64,000 nucleotides of DNA from the human T2T-CHM13v2.0 reference genome, Homo sapiens. Positions 1-12,582 of this stretch are shown piece by piece. Location of the stretch: NCBI RefSeq assembly GCF_009914755.1, contig NC_060935.1; one strand, written 5' to 3'. The translations under genes were made by a program, and so were the position numbers. The number at the start of each line of letters is the position of its first letter. Position 1 is the stretch's first letter. Under the pieces are notes generated by a model that was not told the DNA's origin, made no database searches, and saw nothing but the letters and a program-made list of their open reading frames with translations.

Positions 1-1664
1 GTATTGGTAAAATGCAGATGTCACTAAAATGTAAATAGTGGGCTTAATTATGCAGGTCAGAGCCCAGGTTTTCTAAATGTTTTAAGGTTACAAACTCCTT
101 TTTGGATTTTGAGAACTCTGACTTGCTGGCTTCACAAATAGTAAGGCCTGAAGACATAGGAAACTAGCCACACTCTTAAGAAGGCAAATCTTGGCTGCAG
201 TTAGCACACAATTAAAGCAACTTACCAAGTTTTACCTTAAAGTTAAAAATTGCTAGGAGTTAATTGAATCTATGAGAAACAGATTTGCATGCAAGGTGTA
301 TAAAAACAGTAAAATGTGTTTTTTAGTAAAAGGTTATAAGAAGGCATGGAAAATAAACTTTTACCTAGGGTTAAAGGATGGTTTTGAGTTAAATCAGGAA
401 AAAGCTGAAGGTTCAAAGAAGTGGTGGAAGAATTGTGGGAATCTTGCAGAAGAGGTTCTCTGTGTGAACATATTGACTAAATTCAGAAAAGGGTATTATG
501 TGGTTTTCTGGTAAATTGAGCGTTGAAATAAAAGCACAACAAGGTATTCTTAAAACTCTAATCTGCTCTTTGGCATAATTTATAAAGGGTTATAAAAGGT
601 TTTTGCTTCTTTAAAATGTCTGAGTCGTCATTTTGGCAAAATAAATAATGTATGGTAATCTGGAATTATATATCATAATATCAAGTGATTCTCAAAATCA
701 AACTTCAGTTTCAACATTGTCTTCCCTGGCATCTGGCTTTTCTAATACTTCAGAGGGCCCCTGAAGTGTTTAGAAAAGAGAGGTAAACAAGATTATTTGA
801 CATGTTTAGGTACATGGGATTGCCAAAATGATGTTTCAATCTGCTTTAGGTTATATCTTGATGAATAATGCTGATATATGTTCCAAAATTGTGTGGGATT
901 TCTAAAGCTCTAATCTCTGAATATATGCTATCAATCATAATTAAGGTTTTCGTTATGTTGTTGTAAACCATGGAGATGACCCAGCTTCTTTGTCAATTGT
1001 GTTTCTAACTGTAATTACCCTGGACATGTTGCTCTTATTTTAATTCTTTTCAAAACATGGTATGTAATAAGCTGTAGAACTTTAACAGGTACTCTGAAAT
1101 ACAGACTTCTGATAACTTTGGAGATTGTAACTTTTTAATAAATGAAAATGTACAGGACTAAAAAAAAGCTCAAATGTTCACAAATGTCAAGCAAAATAAG
1201 TTTAAATGGACTGAACTCAGAAAGCTGAAGCAATCTCTTTAAACTTTGCTTGTAATATTGCTTATCCTTGTTTTTTAGCATCAAAGAAACTTATTTTCAA
1301 CTATTTATGACCTTTAATAATTAAGCAAGTTATAATCCTGTAATCAAAATTTGGGGCATGTTTGTTTCTCTCTGCCTGGTTCCTCCAGAATTTAGAACCT
1401 ATCTGTGAGTATTCTTAATTTTATGGTAATATAGGTCTTTGCATCAGTGCAATAAGTATCCGTTTTTCTTTTGCAACAGGACACAATTGGGGAAAATGGT
1501 TATTTTACCAAGGCTTTGACTGGAAGGGTATGCTTCCCTTTGGGGAGTCAATCTCAACTTGCAGAACCAATAAAAAGCCAATGGGGAAACTGGCCTCATA
1601 CTCTCATCTACACAATCCCTGTACAGGGTTCCTGTCCTGTGGTCAGTAAATAATGTCACTTTCT

Positions 1665-1744
1665 GTCTTTCTTTTTTTTTTTTTTTTTCTGAGACAGAGT
1701 CTTACTCTGTTGCCCAGGCTGGAGTGCAGTGGTGCGATCTCCGC
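1665..1744 (-). mobile_element. Severely 5'-truncated Alu (about 55 bp of right-arm 3' end plus tail)
   Basis: Poly-T followed by GAGACAGAGTCTTACTCTGTTGCCCAGGCTGGAGTGCAGTGG. 9-bp TSD TCACTTTCT at 1656-1664 and 1745-1753. Confidence 0.9.
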
Positions 1745-2042
1745 TCACTTTCTAACAGGTCTAGGAGCTCCAAGTTTATCTTGGGACCTTAAAAGGAGAG
1801 AATCACCCAACTCACAGGTGTTTGAGAATAGAAACCCATGGTTAGGCTCAGCTTTAAAGGGTCTTATCTGATATTCTTTATGGGACAAACTTCCATCAAA
1901 GCCAATCGAAAAGGCCTATGTAGAAATAGTTACTCTTGCTACATTTTATACCAATAACCAGGCCAAGTATAAGACTAAAGTCTGTTTTGCAAACAACTCA
2001 GTCTTATGATGATTTTTTTTTTAAACAAAAATCAGGACTTGA

Positions 2043-2384
<342 letters not shown>

Positions 2385-2570
2385 GTCATTAAATTTTAAA
2401 CTCACTAGTTAAGTTTTTGCCTACATTTTAGATGAACCCTGCTTGTTCCTGTGAGCCAACCAGCAGTCTCTGGCTGCAACTCAGAAAGAACAAGAGGGAT
2501 GTGTAATGTAAAAATCTGGATTAATATTCTAGTTCTGAGCGATTATCCTGCACATCCTGCCAGGTGATGG

Positions 2571-4162
2571 TGTGTCCAGAATTGGTGGGTTCTTGGTCTC
2601 ACTGACTTAAAAATGAAGCCGCAGACCCTCGCGGTGAGTGTTACAGTTCTTAAAGGCGGCGTGTCTGGAGTTTGTTCCTTCTGATGTCCAGATGTGTTTG
2701 GAGTTTCTTCCTTCTGGTGGGTTCGTGGTCTTGCTGGCTCAGGAGTGAAGCTGCAGACCTTCGCAGTGAGTGTTACAGCTCTTAAGGCGGCACGTCTGGA
2801 GTTGTTTGTTCCTCCCGGTGGGCTCGTGGTCTCGCTGGCTTCAGGAGTGAAGCTGCAGACCTTCGCAGTGAGTGTTACAGCTCATAAAGGCAGTGTGGAC
2901 CCAAAGAGTGAGCAGTAGCAAGATCTATTGCAAAGAGCGAAAGAACAAAGCTTCCACAGTGTGGAAGGGGACCCGAGCTGGTTGCCACTGCTGGCTGGGG
3001 CAGCCTGCTTTTATTCTCTTATCTGGCCCCACCCACATCCTGCTGATTGGTAGAGCTGAGTGGTCTGTTTTGAGAGGGTGCTGATTGGTGCGTTTACAAT
3101 CCCTGAGCTAGACGCAAAGGTTCTCCACGTCCCCACTAGATTAACTAGATACAGAGTGTCGACACAAAGGTTCTCCAAGGCCCCACCAGAGTAGCTAGAT
3201 ACAGAGTGTCGATTGGTGCATTCACAATCCCTGAGCTAGACACAGGGTGCTGATTGGTGTGTTTACAAACCTTGAGCTAGCTACAAAGTGCCAATTGGTG
3301 TATTTACAATCCCTGAGCTAGACATAAAAGGTTCTCCAAGGCCCCACCAGAGTAGCTAGATACAGAGTGTCGATTGGTGCACTCACAAACCCTGAGCTAG
3401 ACCCAGGGTGCTGATTGGTGTGCTTACAAACCTTGAGCTGGATACAGAGTGCCGATTGGTGTATTTACAATCCCTGAGCTAGACATAAAGGTTCTCCACG
3501 TCCCCACCAGACTCAGGAGCCCAGCTGGCTTCACCCAGTGGATCCCGCACCGGGGCTGCAGGTGGAGCTGCCTGCCAGTCCCGGTGCTTTGTGCCCGTAC
3601 TCCTCAGCCTTTGGGTGGTCGGTGGGACTGGGCGCTGTGGAGCAGGGGGTGGTGCTCATCGGGGAGGCTCAGGCCGCACAGGAGCCCATGGAGGGGGTGG
3701 GAGGCTCAGGCATGGCGGGCTGCAGGTCCCCAGCCCTGCCCCGCGGGGAAGGCAGCTAAGGCCCGGTGAGAAATCGAGCGCAGCGCAGGTGGTCTGGCAC
3801 TGCTGGGGGACCCAGTACACCCTCCACAGCTGCTGGCCCAGGTGCTAAGCCCCTCATTGCCTGGGGCTGGCAGGGCCGGCCGGCTGCTCTGAGTGCGGGC
3901 CCGCCAAGCGCAGGCCCACCCCGAACTCCAGCTGGCCTGCAAGCCCTGCACGCAGCCCCGGTTCCCACTCGCGCCTCTCCCTCCACACCTCCCTGCGAGC
4001 TGAGGGAGCCGGCTCTGTCCTTGACCAGCCCAGAAAGAGGCTCCCACAGTGCAGTGGTGGGCTGAAGGGCTCCTCAAGTGCCGCCAAAGTGGGAGCCCAG
4101 GCAGAGGGGGTGCTGAGAGCGAGCGAGGGCTGTGAGGACTGCCAGCACGCTGTCACCTCTCA
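2571..4162 (-). mobile_element. Solo LTR12C (ERV9/HERV9 LTR), 1592 bp
   Basis: Minus strand begins TGAGAGGTGACAGCGTGCTGGC and ends CCAAGAACCCACCAATTCTGGACACA. 4-bp TSD ATGG at 2567-2570 and 4163-4166. GC-rich U3 5' part, tandem enhancer repeats and repeated U5 units are all present. Confidence 0.96.
3009..3500 (-). promoter_or_regulatory. LTR12C U3 enhancer/core promoter: CCAAT (NF-Y) array, GT-box, GATA and AATAAA-type TATA
   Basis: About 8 ATTGG (CCAAT on the minus strand) between 3046 and 3459. CCCCACCC at 3027-3034, TTATCT at 3019-3024 and TTTTATT at 3009-3015. This is the known ERV9 LTR promoter layout; activity cannot be seen from sequence. Confidence 0.7.
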
Positions 4163-5474
4163 ATGGGAATAAATTGGGTGCCTTTCTGGGAAAGTAGGTT
4201 TCCTTTTTGGGAAAGTAAAACGAAGGGAACTAACCAAAGACGAGTACCATGTAACCAAATCCTAGCAAGCATAACTATAGCCACCAGTTAGCTGGGTGTG
4301 TCACAAGACATCCTTTTCTCTCCCTTGTTAGAGGAGAATTCAGTTCCACGGTTTCATCTTAGTATTTGGCTTATGATAAGCCATCTGTGCAACCCCCCTG
4401 AGACATATCTTTGTCCAAAACTGAATTCCAAGCTTTGGATCAAAGCCCTAGGAAAAAAAACTAGATCTGAGGAATCCAGAGGCAAATGTCAACAGAAGTT
4501 AAAAGGCACAGGACAGGTGAGCGTGGCTGGTTCTTGCCTATTAAGCCAAGCCCAAGCTTCCTGTTTCATGGATAAAGGCCACGCTAGTATCCATGGTATA
4601 AATGGGGTCTAGGAAACTCCAAGGCTACTGACAGTAGGTGGAAGGAGATTTAGGTGAGAGCTGGTAATGCCTAGTCTCTAGGCCCCCATGTTTGATGGGT
4701 ACAAGCTGCTTTGGCACTCACGGTGGTACCTGCCAAGGTCACTGGGACTCGGGGATGCAAGGACAGAAGAAGGGAAAGAGGATGCTCTTTCCCCTCTCTG
4801 TCATGTACCCCCCAGGTATCTGCTAGGAAGAGAAGGGAACCAGGGATGTCTGCTCCTCTCTTTCTGTATGAGTAGCCATTCATCTTCACTCTGTACTCCT
4901 TTAGAATGCATCCAGGACCCCTGGGACTCCTTTGAAAAAACACCTTGTTTTTTTCCTTTCTTCTCCTCTGTCCTCTCTTCACTGATGGCAATTATGTGTC
5001 TGTACTAACAGGACACTCTCCTCAGATGCATTCTCCAAACTAGACGGAGTTAATTTCCCAAACCTTAAACTGGCTGGCTTAGGATTGGGCTCAGGGGAAG
5101 GGACTCCCAGAAGTCCAACATGCTAGCAAAAGGGTAAAGTTTTTTCATCCAGGTGGGATTTTGCCCTCCCTTCTCCCTGTGCAAACTGGTAAAAGACCTC
5201 AGAATTTTTGAGCTGTCCTTACCCCTGCCTTTGTTGCATTTTGATACATGTTTTCTAGTGACCTGGTTTGACTGTTCTTTACTTCAGGCCATCAAACTCC
5301 AAATGGTCATGCAACCAGCGCCTCTGACGATGGCCTCTTCTGCTGGGCCTCTGAGGGAGCTCTGACTGCCATTTCCCCAAAACAGTGCCCCCTGTCAGCA
5401 GGAAGCAGTTAATATGGTCTTCATCCTTATCCTTAATCTAAAGGCAGTTAGATATACTTCTTCACAGTGGGCAT

Positions 5475-5806
5475 TGAGAGAGCCAGGTGGGAGGGGATCC
5501 CTGGAGAAACTCCAACCAGCCTGCCCACTGAGGTGGAGCCTCGGGAAGTTTACAGCATTTACAGTGGGGAGGAGCCTGGCCCTTTCTCTTCCTGTGTGGA
5601 ATCTTGGATTGAAACTGCAGGCGGAAAATGCTCTAGCAGAGACACTCTGGCCTTGTGAGAGTCCCTGTTTCCATGTTTTCTTCTTTTTCACCCAACAGAA
5701 CCCTGCTTTACTCACCCCCTCCAATTGTCTGTGAGCCTAAATTTTCATGGCTGTGGGATGGACAAGGACCCTGTCTTTAGCTGACCTAAGGGAAAGTCCT
5801 GCAACA
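5475..5806 (+). mobile_element. 3' LTR of the ERV1 provirus (MER61-like)
   Basis: TG...CA termini: starts TGAGAGAGCCAGGTGGGAGGGG and ends GACAAGGACCCTGTCTTTAGCTGACCTAAGGGAAAGTCCTGCAACA. 332 bp, directly after the internal region. Confidence 0.8.
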
Positions 5807-5819
5807 TGAAAAAAAAAAT

Positions 5820-6702
5820 CCAGACACACAGATACATAGTTAAAAAATAAATACATATTTTGATAGCCTTTTTTAGAACATGATGGATGTTACACTTTTA
5901 TACTACACCAAAATTCAACAACTTTCTCAGTAGTGCTTTCTTAAAAATTAGGTAAGATGTGGAATCTGATATCTGAAATTCTTGTACTATGTCTTAGGAA
6001 ACTGTCAAATTCATTATGACAAAGATAATTTTTCCAAATTACAGCTTTTTCTCAGAAGCTGGAATTTTATCCTTAGTCATTGTCAGTTTTTGTGTGTGGG
6101 AAATGACAGGTTTACTTCATTTGTTCTCAAGAACATTTTAGCTGATTACCCAAATCTGAATAATTGTTTGACTCTCAGTCATTATTTCAAATAAAAATGA
6201 TATTGCATGAAAAAAGCAGCTAGTTCATTTCACAACTCAAAACAATCATACAAGTTCTTTATTGGGGAATAATATTGTACTCTGGCTTGCAGCAGATGTG
6301 CTTCCTGTACACTATCCATTTTTCCCGCAGAATGTTAAAAGTTAAGTGCTAAAGAGGCAGTAGTTGACGTGATACATTTTTCTTGCTTTATCAATGTATG
6401 CAACTTATAAGTAGCTTTTGTTTGGTTAGCTAGCAGTTTATTGATTTATTGCTTATTGATACTATTTTTACTGTTAAGTGTGTAGAGGTAAGGAGTGCAG
6501 TGATCATATAGTTTGATGCTACTGCCTAAGGCACCAATCATTTTTCCACCATTGCTTTTGTACAATTAGTGTAAATACTAGTACAGTGAGAAAGACAAAT
6601 AATGTGTTAGTGTTATTATGAAAATTGTTGTGACAAAACAGTTCCCTGAAAGTTTCTCTGAAATGCCTAGAAGTCTGGAGAACGTACTTCGAAAACCACA
6701 TG
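5820..6702 (-). mobile_element. hAT-Charlie DNA transposon fragment (Charlie1-like)
   Basis: Charlie1-type segments TACTACACCAAAATTCAACAA...GTGGAATCTGA and AAAAAAGCAGCTAGTTCA. Degenerate terminus ACGTACTTCGAAAACCACATG near 6700. Confidence 0.7.
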
Positions 6703-7629
6703 TCTAGTGGAACCATATTAAGTTATCTTTGGAAAAAAAAAAAAGCATATTGAAGAAATAGTCACTTTGACTAAATGCTAGGAAGTTTACGCTACTACCA
6801 GAAAGGAGATAGTGTAGTAGATGATGTATTTATCGTGTGAAAACGTAGTTCTGATTTCCAGCCATGTAACTTAGTATCTCTAGGTATATAGGTCAGTAAC
6901 CCTGTTTTTGCTTTTCCTTCATCACTAAAATCTTTTGTGTGAGTGTAAGAATAAAATGAAAGTACACACAAATGCATGCATACACACACAATGCCTGGAA
7001 TAAATAACAATTTATACTATTTTTTTGTTGCAAACAAGGCATACGATGACTAGTATAATACAACTTTTGATCCTTTTACCCCACATTTAGTAAGATTAAT
7101 TATAAATGAATGTAGTAGCTTGCAGTAAAAGAGCCAATTTTAACATATGGGCCTTGACAGGTGATTCATTCTAAAGACAATAGCACTGGAAAATTAGTGC
7201 AGATAACATTATATCATTCAACTGTTAGGAAAAAATACTATCGTATTTCATCGTTGACTATCCTTTTTGGGCATCACCATTTCAATCACTGACTTTCATG
7301 TGTGAGTCACTGTGACCTAAGTCAGAGTAAAATGTCACAGGAGTTGGGAGAGAGAGCTAATTAGCAAGTCTGTGACACCACAAAAGAGTAATGAAAGAAA
7401 TGGGCACTTGTTTCTTATTTTAGGAAAGTATTCTTCACATATAAAAATGACTCAACTGTTGCAAAAATTCAAGAAAAATTGAATTTTTATCTTTGTCCTA
7501 CATAAGAACCTAAAGTGTGAAAATGAGAATAGTACAGATATATCAAGATCAGGCTTCCATTCTGTTTAGAACTATTTCAGTTGCTATTAGAATTGAAAGA
7601 AGAATGTAGAAGACAAAGAATATTTGAAG

Positions 7630-7862
7630 CTGTCGTGAAAAGGCCATTAACTTTGGAGTCAGATAGGCTGGATTTACGTTTCAGCCCTGTTAATCTAAGT
7701 ATAACTGTAGACAGTTCCTTCACTTCCTTGAAACCTGATTTCCTCAATTGTAAAAGGATTATAATTACCACATGGCAATTCTGAAGAATTAATGAAATAA
7801 ATTACTTAAAGTGCATAATATGCCTACACAAAATGAATGTTCACTAAATAGTAACTTATTTT
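7630..7862 (+). mobile_element. MIR SINE
   Basis: CTTTGGAGTCAGATAGGCTGGATT followed by the core TTTCCTCAATTGTAAAAGGATTATAAT. Confidence 0.75.
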
Positions 7863-8329
7863 CTGCTTATTGTATAATTAAGTTGATGGGAAATTCAGTT
7901 TTGTCATTATAAGTTGTGTAATTATTAAGTTGATAGAAAGTTTATCCTTTTTTAATGTATAACCCAGCCTGTCCCTGTTTATTCTCTCACAAAGTTGATT
8001 ATGGAATATGAGGTTTTCAACACTACTTAAAAGGGGTAGTTGATTAGGTCAATTCAACCAACATATATCTCATTTAAGGAGCTCAAAAATTCAATAGTAA
8101 AAGCAGTTGTTTTCTTCTCTACAGATGGATGGAAATACAGAACTGAGTTCTTTTTAAGATAGTTCTTAGTATTTAAGAAAACTTAGCAAGGTAATGATCA
8201 TGATTTTGAATATAGTAAATGGTGTCAACCAAAGCAGCAAGAAAACACCACCAGATTTTCTATTGCAACCTATTTGACCCCACCAGTTTCACTTCCAATT
8301 ATTGTTCCTACTCTGCTCTTCATTTTCAT

Positions 8330-8531
8330 ATATTCCATAGTTTTATTACTATTTTTATGCTACATATAATTTACTAATATATATGTTTATTGATGAAACT
8401 ATTCTTGCTAGAATGTAACTTCTTTAAGAAAGAGATCTTAGGGATTTTGTTTCTTGATACACTGTGAGAGGAGCATCTGACTCATGATGAGTTCTCAGTA
8501 AATGATTTGTGAGTGAAGGTTTTGAATGAAA
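8330..8531 (+). mobile_element. L2 3' end
   Basis: CTAGAATGTAACTTCTTTAAG...CTCAGTAAATGATTTGTGAGTGAA...GAATGAA. Confidence 0.6.
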
Positions 8532-9295
8532 TGGATAGTAAAAACAGTATGGAATAAGATTATTGCTTCATGCCTATTCTCTTTTAAGAACGTTATTTAC
8601 TATTATAAAAATAACTTTATATTTTTACAAAAATAATAAAAGCTACACTGTATTGCACATTAAACTAAGCACAATTTACAGAACACAAAATCTGTACTAG
8701 GCACTATGCTTAAGACGTATCAGGTTTTCTTATATAGAGGCTACATGAGGGTATTAGAGTAAATCTGTAATATAAATACTTGTAAAGGCTCATTCTTTCT
8801 ATTTTATTTAGAATAGCAGAAATAGAATTTATTCCTACTCCTCAGTGGAATAAAATTGGGGAATGTGTGCCACACTTTGGAGAGACCACTTATATAGGAG
8901 ACTAAACTTTCCACACCTACATTATATGTGGAAAAAATACTTGTATAGCCTAGAATCACTTTTGTATAGATCAGGCAACTATCGTCACTCTACTTTTGGA
9001 AGAGAATCTAAAAAGTAATGTTGAAACTAAATTAATCTGAAAATTTTACATTACGGTAGGTATCATTCAAGTTGTAATTAGGGCTCAATATAATGTTGTC
9101 TACTAGATTTGATCTCTATCCCACCTCAAGGTGACGATATATACATCAAGATGCAGTACCTGTCCTAGCGAAGTTCTCATCACCTAGTGCCTGTCCTGTT
9201 CTATAATATTCTGAAAAGATTTTGGCTTCATATTATGTATTAATTCTGCAAATACATACTGAATGTCTATTCAATGGTCTGTTTGGAAATCAAAG

Positions 9296-11238
9296 TGTTA
9301 CCGAACAACCAAGGGTTTGTTCTAGGTCCTGCTGCTCACTGCAGAGAAAGCCAACGGCTGAGAAGGCAAGTATTGCCAAGGAAGAAGGCTTTAATCAGGT
9401 GCTGCAGCTGAGCAAATGGGAGCTCAGTCTCAGATCCTTCTCCCCACCAACTAATATTAGGTGTTAATATAGTAGGGAAGAAATGTAACAATGTGTAGGA
9501 AAACAGGAACTCTGGAGGCCTAAGGAAGCAATCATGATGAATGATGGGCCTGGTGTCTCATCTGGATGAGATGATCTGGTGAGTTTCAGTTCTTTGATAC
9601 TTTTTGAGAGACTTGGGGGTCCTTTCCTGAGGAAGAAACTCAGATAAAATAAATATAAATTTCAAGCCTTAAGACCAGAAGGGTCGGTTTCTATGTCTAC
9701 ACACACACACAAAAATCTGTCTATGGGACTATTGGGTCAGTTTCTTTTTATTTATTTATTTATTTATTTATTTTATTATTTATTTATTTTTTTTAGTATT
9801 TATTGATCATTCTTGGGTGTTTCTCGGAGAGGGGGATTTGGCAGGGTCATAGGACAATAATGGAGGGAAGGTCAGCAGATAAACATGTGAACAAAGGTCT
9901 CTGGTTTTCCTAGGCAGAGGGCCCTGCCGCCTTCTGCAGTGTTTGTGTCCCTGGGTACTTGAGATTAGGGAGTGGTGATGACTCTTAAAGAGCATGCTGC
10001 CTTCAAGCATCTGTTTAACAAAGCACATCTTGCACTGCCCTTAATCCATTTAACCCTGAGTGGACACAGCACATGTTTCAGAGAGCACGGGGTTGGGGGT
10101 AAGGTTATAGATTAACAACATCCCAAGGCAGAAGAATTTTTCTTAGTACAGAACAAAATGGAGTCTCCTACGTCTACTTCCCTCTACACAGACACAGCAA
10201 CAATCTGATTTCTCTGTCTTTTCCCCACATTTCCCCTTTTTCTAGTCAACAAAACCGCCATCGTCATCATGGCCCGTTCTAAATGAGCTGTTGGGTACAC
10301 CTCCCAGACGGGGTGGCTGCCGTGCAGAGGGGCTCCTCACCTCCCAGACAGGGCGGCCGGGCAGAGGCGCCCCCCACCTCCCGGATGGGGCAGCGGCTGG
10401 GCGGGGGTGCCCCCAACCTCCCCCCGGGACGGGGCGGCTGGCCGGGCAGGGGCTGCCCCCCACCTCCCTCCCGGAAGGGGCAGCTGGCCGGGCGGGGGCT
10501 GCCCCCCACCTCCCGGACGGGGCGGCTGCCGGGCGGAGGGGCTCCTCACTTCACAGACGGGGTGGCCGGGCAGAGGCGCTCCTCACATCCCAGATGGGGC
10601 AGTGGGGCAGAGGCGCTCCCCACATCTCAGACGATGGGCGGCCGGGCAGAGACGCTCCTCACTTCCTAGACGGGATGCGGCCGGGAAGAGGCGCTCCTCA
10701 CTTCCCAGACTGGGCAGCCAGGCAGAGACGCTCCTCACTTCCCAGACGGGGTGGCGGCCGGGCAGAGGCTGCAATCTCGGCACTTTGGGAGGCCAAGGCA
10801 GGCGGCTGGGAGGTGGAGGTTGTAGCGAGCCGAGATCACGCCACTGCACTCCAGCCTGGGCAACATTGAGCACTGAGTGAGTGAGACTCCGTTTGCAATC
10901 CCGGCACCTCAGGAGGCCGAGGCTGGCAGATCACTCCCAGTTAGGAGCTGGAGACCAGCCCGGCCAACACAGCGAAACCCTGTCTCCACCAAAAAAATAC
11001 GAAAACCAGTCAGGCGTGGCGGCGCGCGCCTGCAATCCCAGGCACTCGGCAGGCTGAGGCAGGAGAATCAGGCAGGGAGGTTGCAGTGAGCCAAGATGGT
11101 GGCAGCACAGTCCAGCCTCGGCTCGGCATCAGAGGGAGACCGTGGAGGGAGAGGGAGAGGGCGAGGGAGACCATGGGGAAGAGGGAGGGGAAGGGGGAGG
11201 GGGAGGGAGAGGGAGAGGGAGAGCTTGGGTCAGTTTCA
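9296..11238 (-). mobile_element. Solo ERV1 LTR (LTR26-like); body 9296-9744, with its 5' tip displaced by the SVA insertion
   Basis: Reconstructed minus strand starts TGAAACTGACCCAATAGTCCCATAGACAG and ends TTCGGTAACA, about 450 bp. Flanks are AAAG and AAGG. Confidence 0.75.
9745..11224 (-). mobile_element. Full-length SVA retrotransposon, older subfamily (SVA_B/C-like)
   Basis: (CCCTCT)n-type head at ~11145-11224, Alu-like region ~10770-11140, GC-rich VNTR ~10300-10770, SINE-R ~9795-10300 and AATAAA at 9799-9804 (minus). Tail has decayed to (TAAA)n. 13-bp TSD TTGGGTCAGTTTC at 9732-9744 and 11225-11237. Confidence 0.97.
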
Positions 11239-12582
11239 AAGGGAAAAATAATATTCTTAACTTCTGGGAGCTTGAATTCTACTGGACAAACAACCGTAAA
11301 ACATCAGCAATGATGTAAGATAATTGCTGTGATAGAAGATGATGTACAAGCACAGACACTTCAAACAGGGGAAGTAAGCAATATTTTAGGAAGAGATCCA
11401 TTCAGAGCAGAGATTCAAGTGACAAAGTGTTTTCAGATTTCCAGAAATTCTAGTGAGGGGAAAGCATTTCAAATGGAGGAGGCAGTGTGTAACCAGGTAT
11501 ACAAATACATACAAATAGACAACCGCAAAGTATATATGTAGTTTTGTCATGTGTGACAAAGTGGAGGATGAACTGGGGTAGTGAAGTAGGGGTCAGACTA
11601 TGAAGGGAAAACAGATTGAAAGTGTCTCAACAGATTCCACTGGCTTCTCTGATACTGCCTAAGTACAAGAAAACCTGACAAGACTCTATAATCAAAGTCA
11701 CTGAGCTGTTAGAAGTGTTTTTTTTTCACATGTTCTGTTAAGAGTTCAGTCATTTTAAGCCAAGTTTAGATTGAATTAATTTATTTTGGGAAATGAAGCT
11801 CTGCTAATTAGGTTTAGCCCTCAGGCCTATGGCAAGTTGTCAATATGGATTTTGGTGTAGAAAGCAAGGGCCTCCTTATTCTACTAACCTATGGGAAATC
11901 ATGCCTTAACTGCTGAATTGCAGAAAAGTTACCCAAAGCCTCTACCAGCCTTTGGTGGACAATTAGCAAGAAGGGAACTGTGATAAAACAAGCAGATTTT
12001 ATAACATGCTAACAATTTACAATTCCAGGTGTTTTTCTATAAGCAAGAATCTCAGAATATGTTTAAGCCATAGAGAAAACATTTTAGCAAAATTGTCAAT
12101 GTACTCAGAGTTTTAAAACATGGTTTTTAAATTTTAAAAATATTGTATAACAAATGTGTGAATTCACTGTAAAAATTATTTTAACATATGTGTGGGACGT
12201 TCTACTAAAATATGGATAGGTATTAACTACGTACTTTGCATCCTTAAAAACGGTTTATAACATTCTGAAATAAAAGCTGTGTCCATGTAACTCAAATGCA
12301 GATGTCAGGAACTATCTTCCCTCTTTGTCCTCTTTCAACCAGGTGTTTTTAATTAAGCTGTACACTTCAATCAAGTCATTCTTGGATATTGGCCAGTTGT
12401 CTTTCCAAGAAGAAACTGATGTATGAAACTCTGTGGCCTTAGTTATACATATTCCATTGTCTTTGAGGCCTAAAACGTATTCCCACAATTCTTGAAGATG
12501 ACTTGGTCCTAGAGTGTTTACACACAGTTTTACCACTATATTAGGTCCTTCCTGGTTTGTGTATTTCTAGGTTTTGACCCAT

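Noticed and set aside
3060-3500. Regularly spaced direct repeats that superficially resemble a CRISPR array
   Set aside because: These are the LTR12C U3 tandem enhancer units in primate DNA. The intervening sequences are themselves repeated and there are no cas genes.
2694-4156. Cluster of 70-123 aa ORFs on both strands
   Set aside because: All lie within the GC-rich LTR12C. They are stop-poor by composition and resemble no real protein.
10242-11313. Longest ORFs in the track (192, 157 and 128 aa)
   Set aside because: Translations of the SVA VNTR and Alu-like region; low-complexity G/P/R-rich artefacts.
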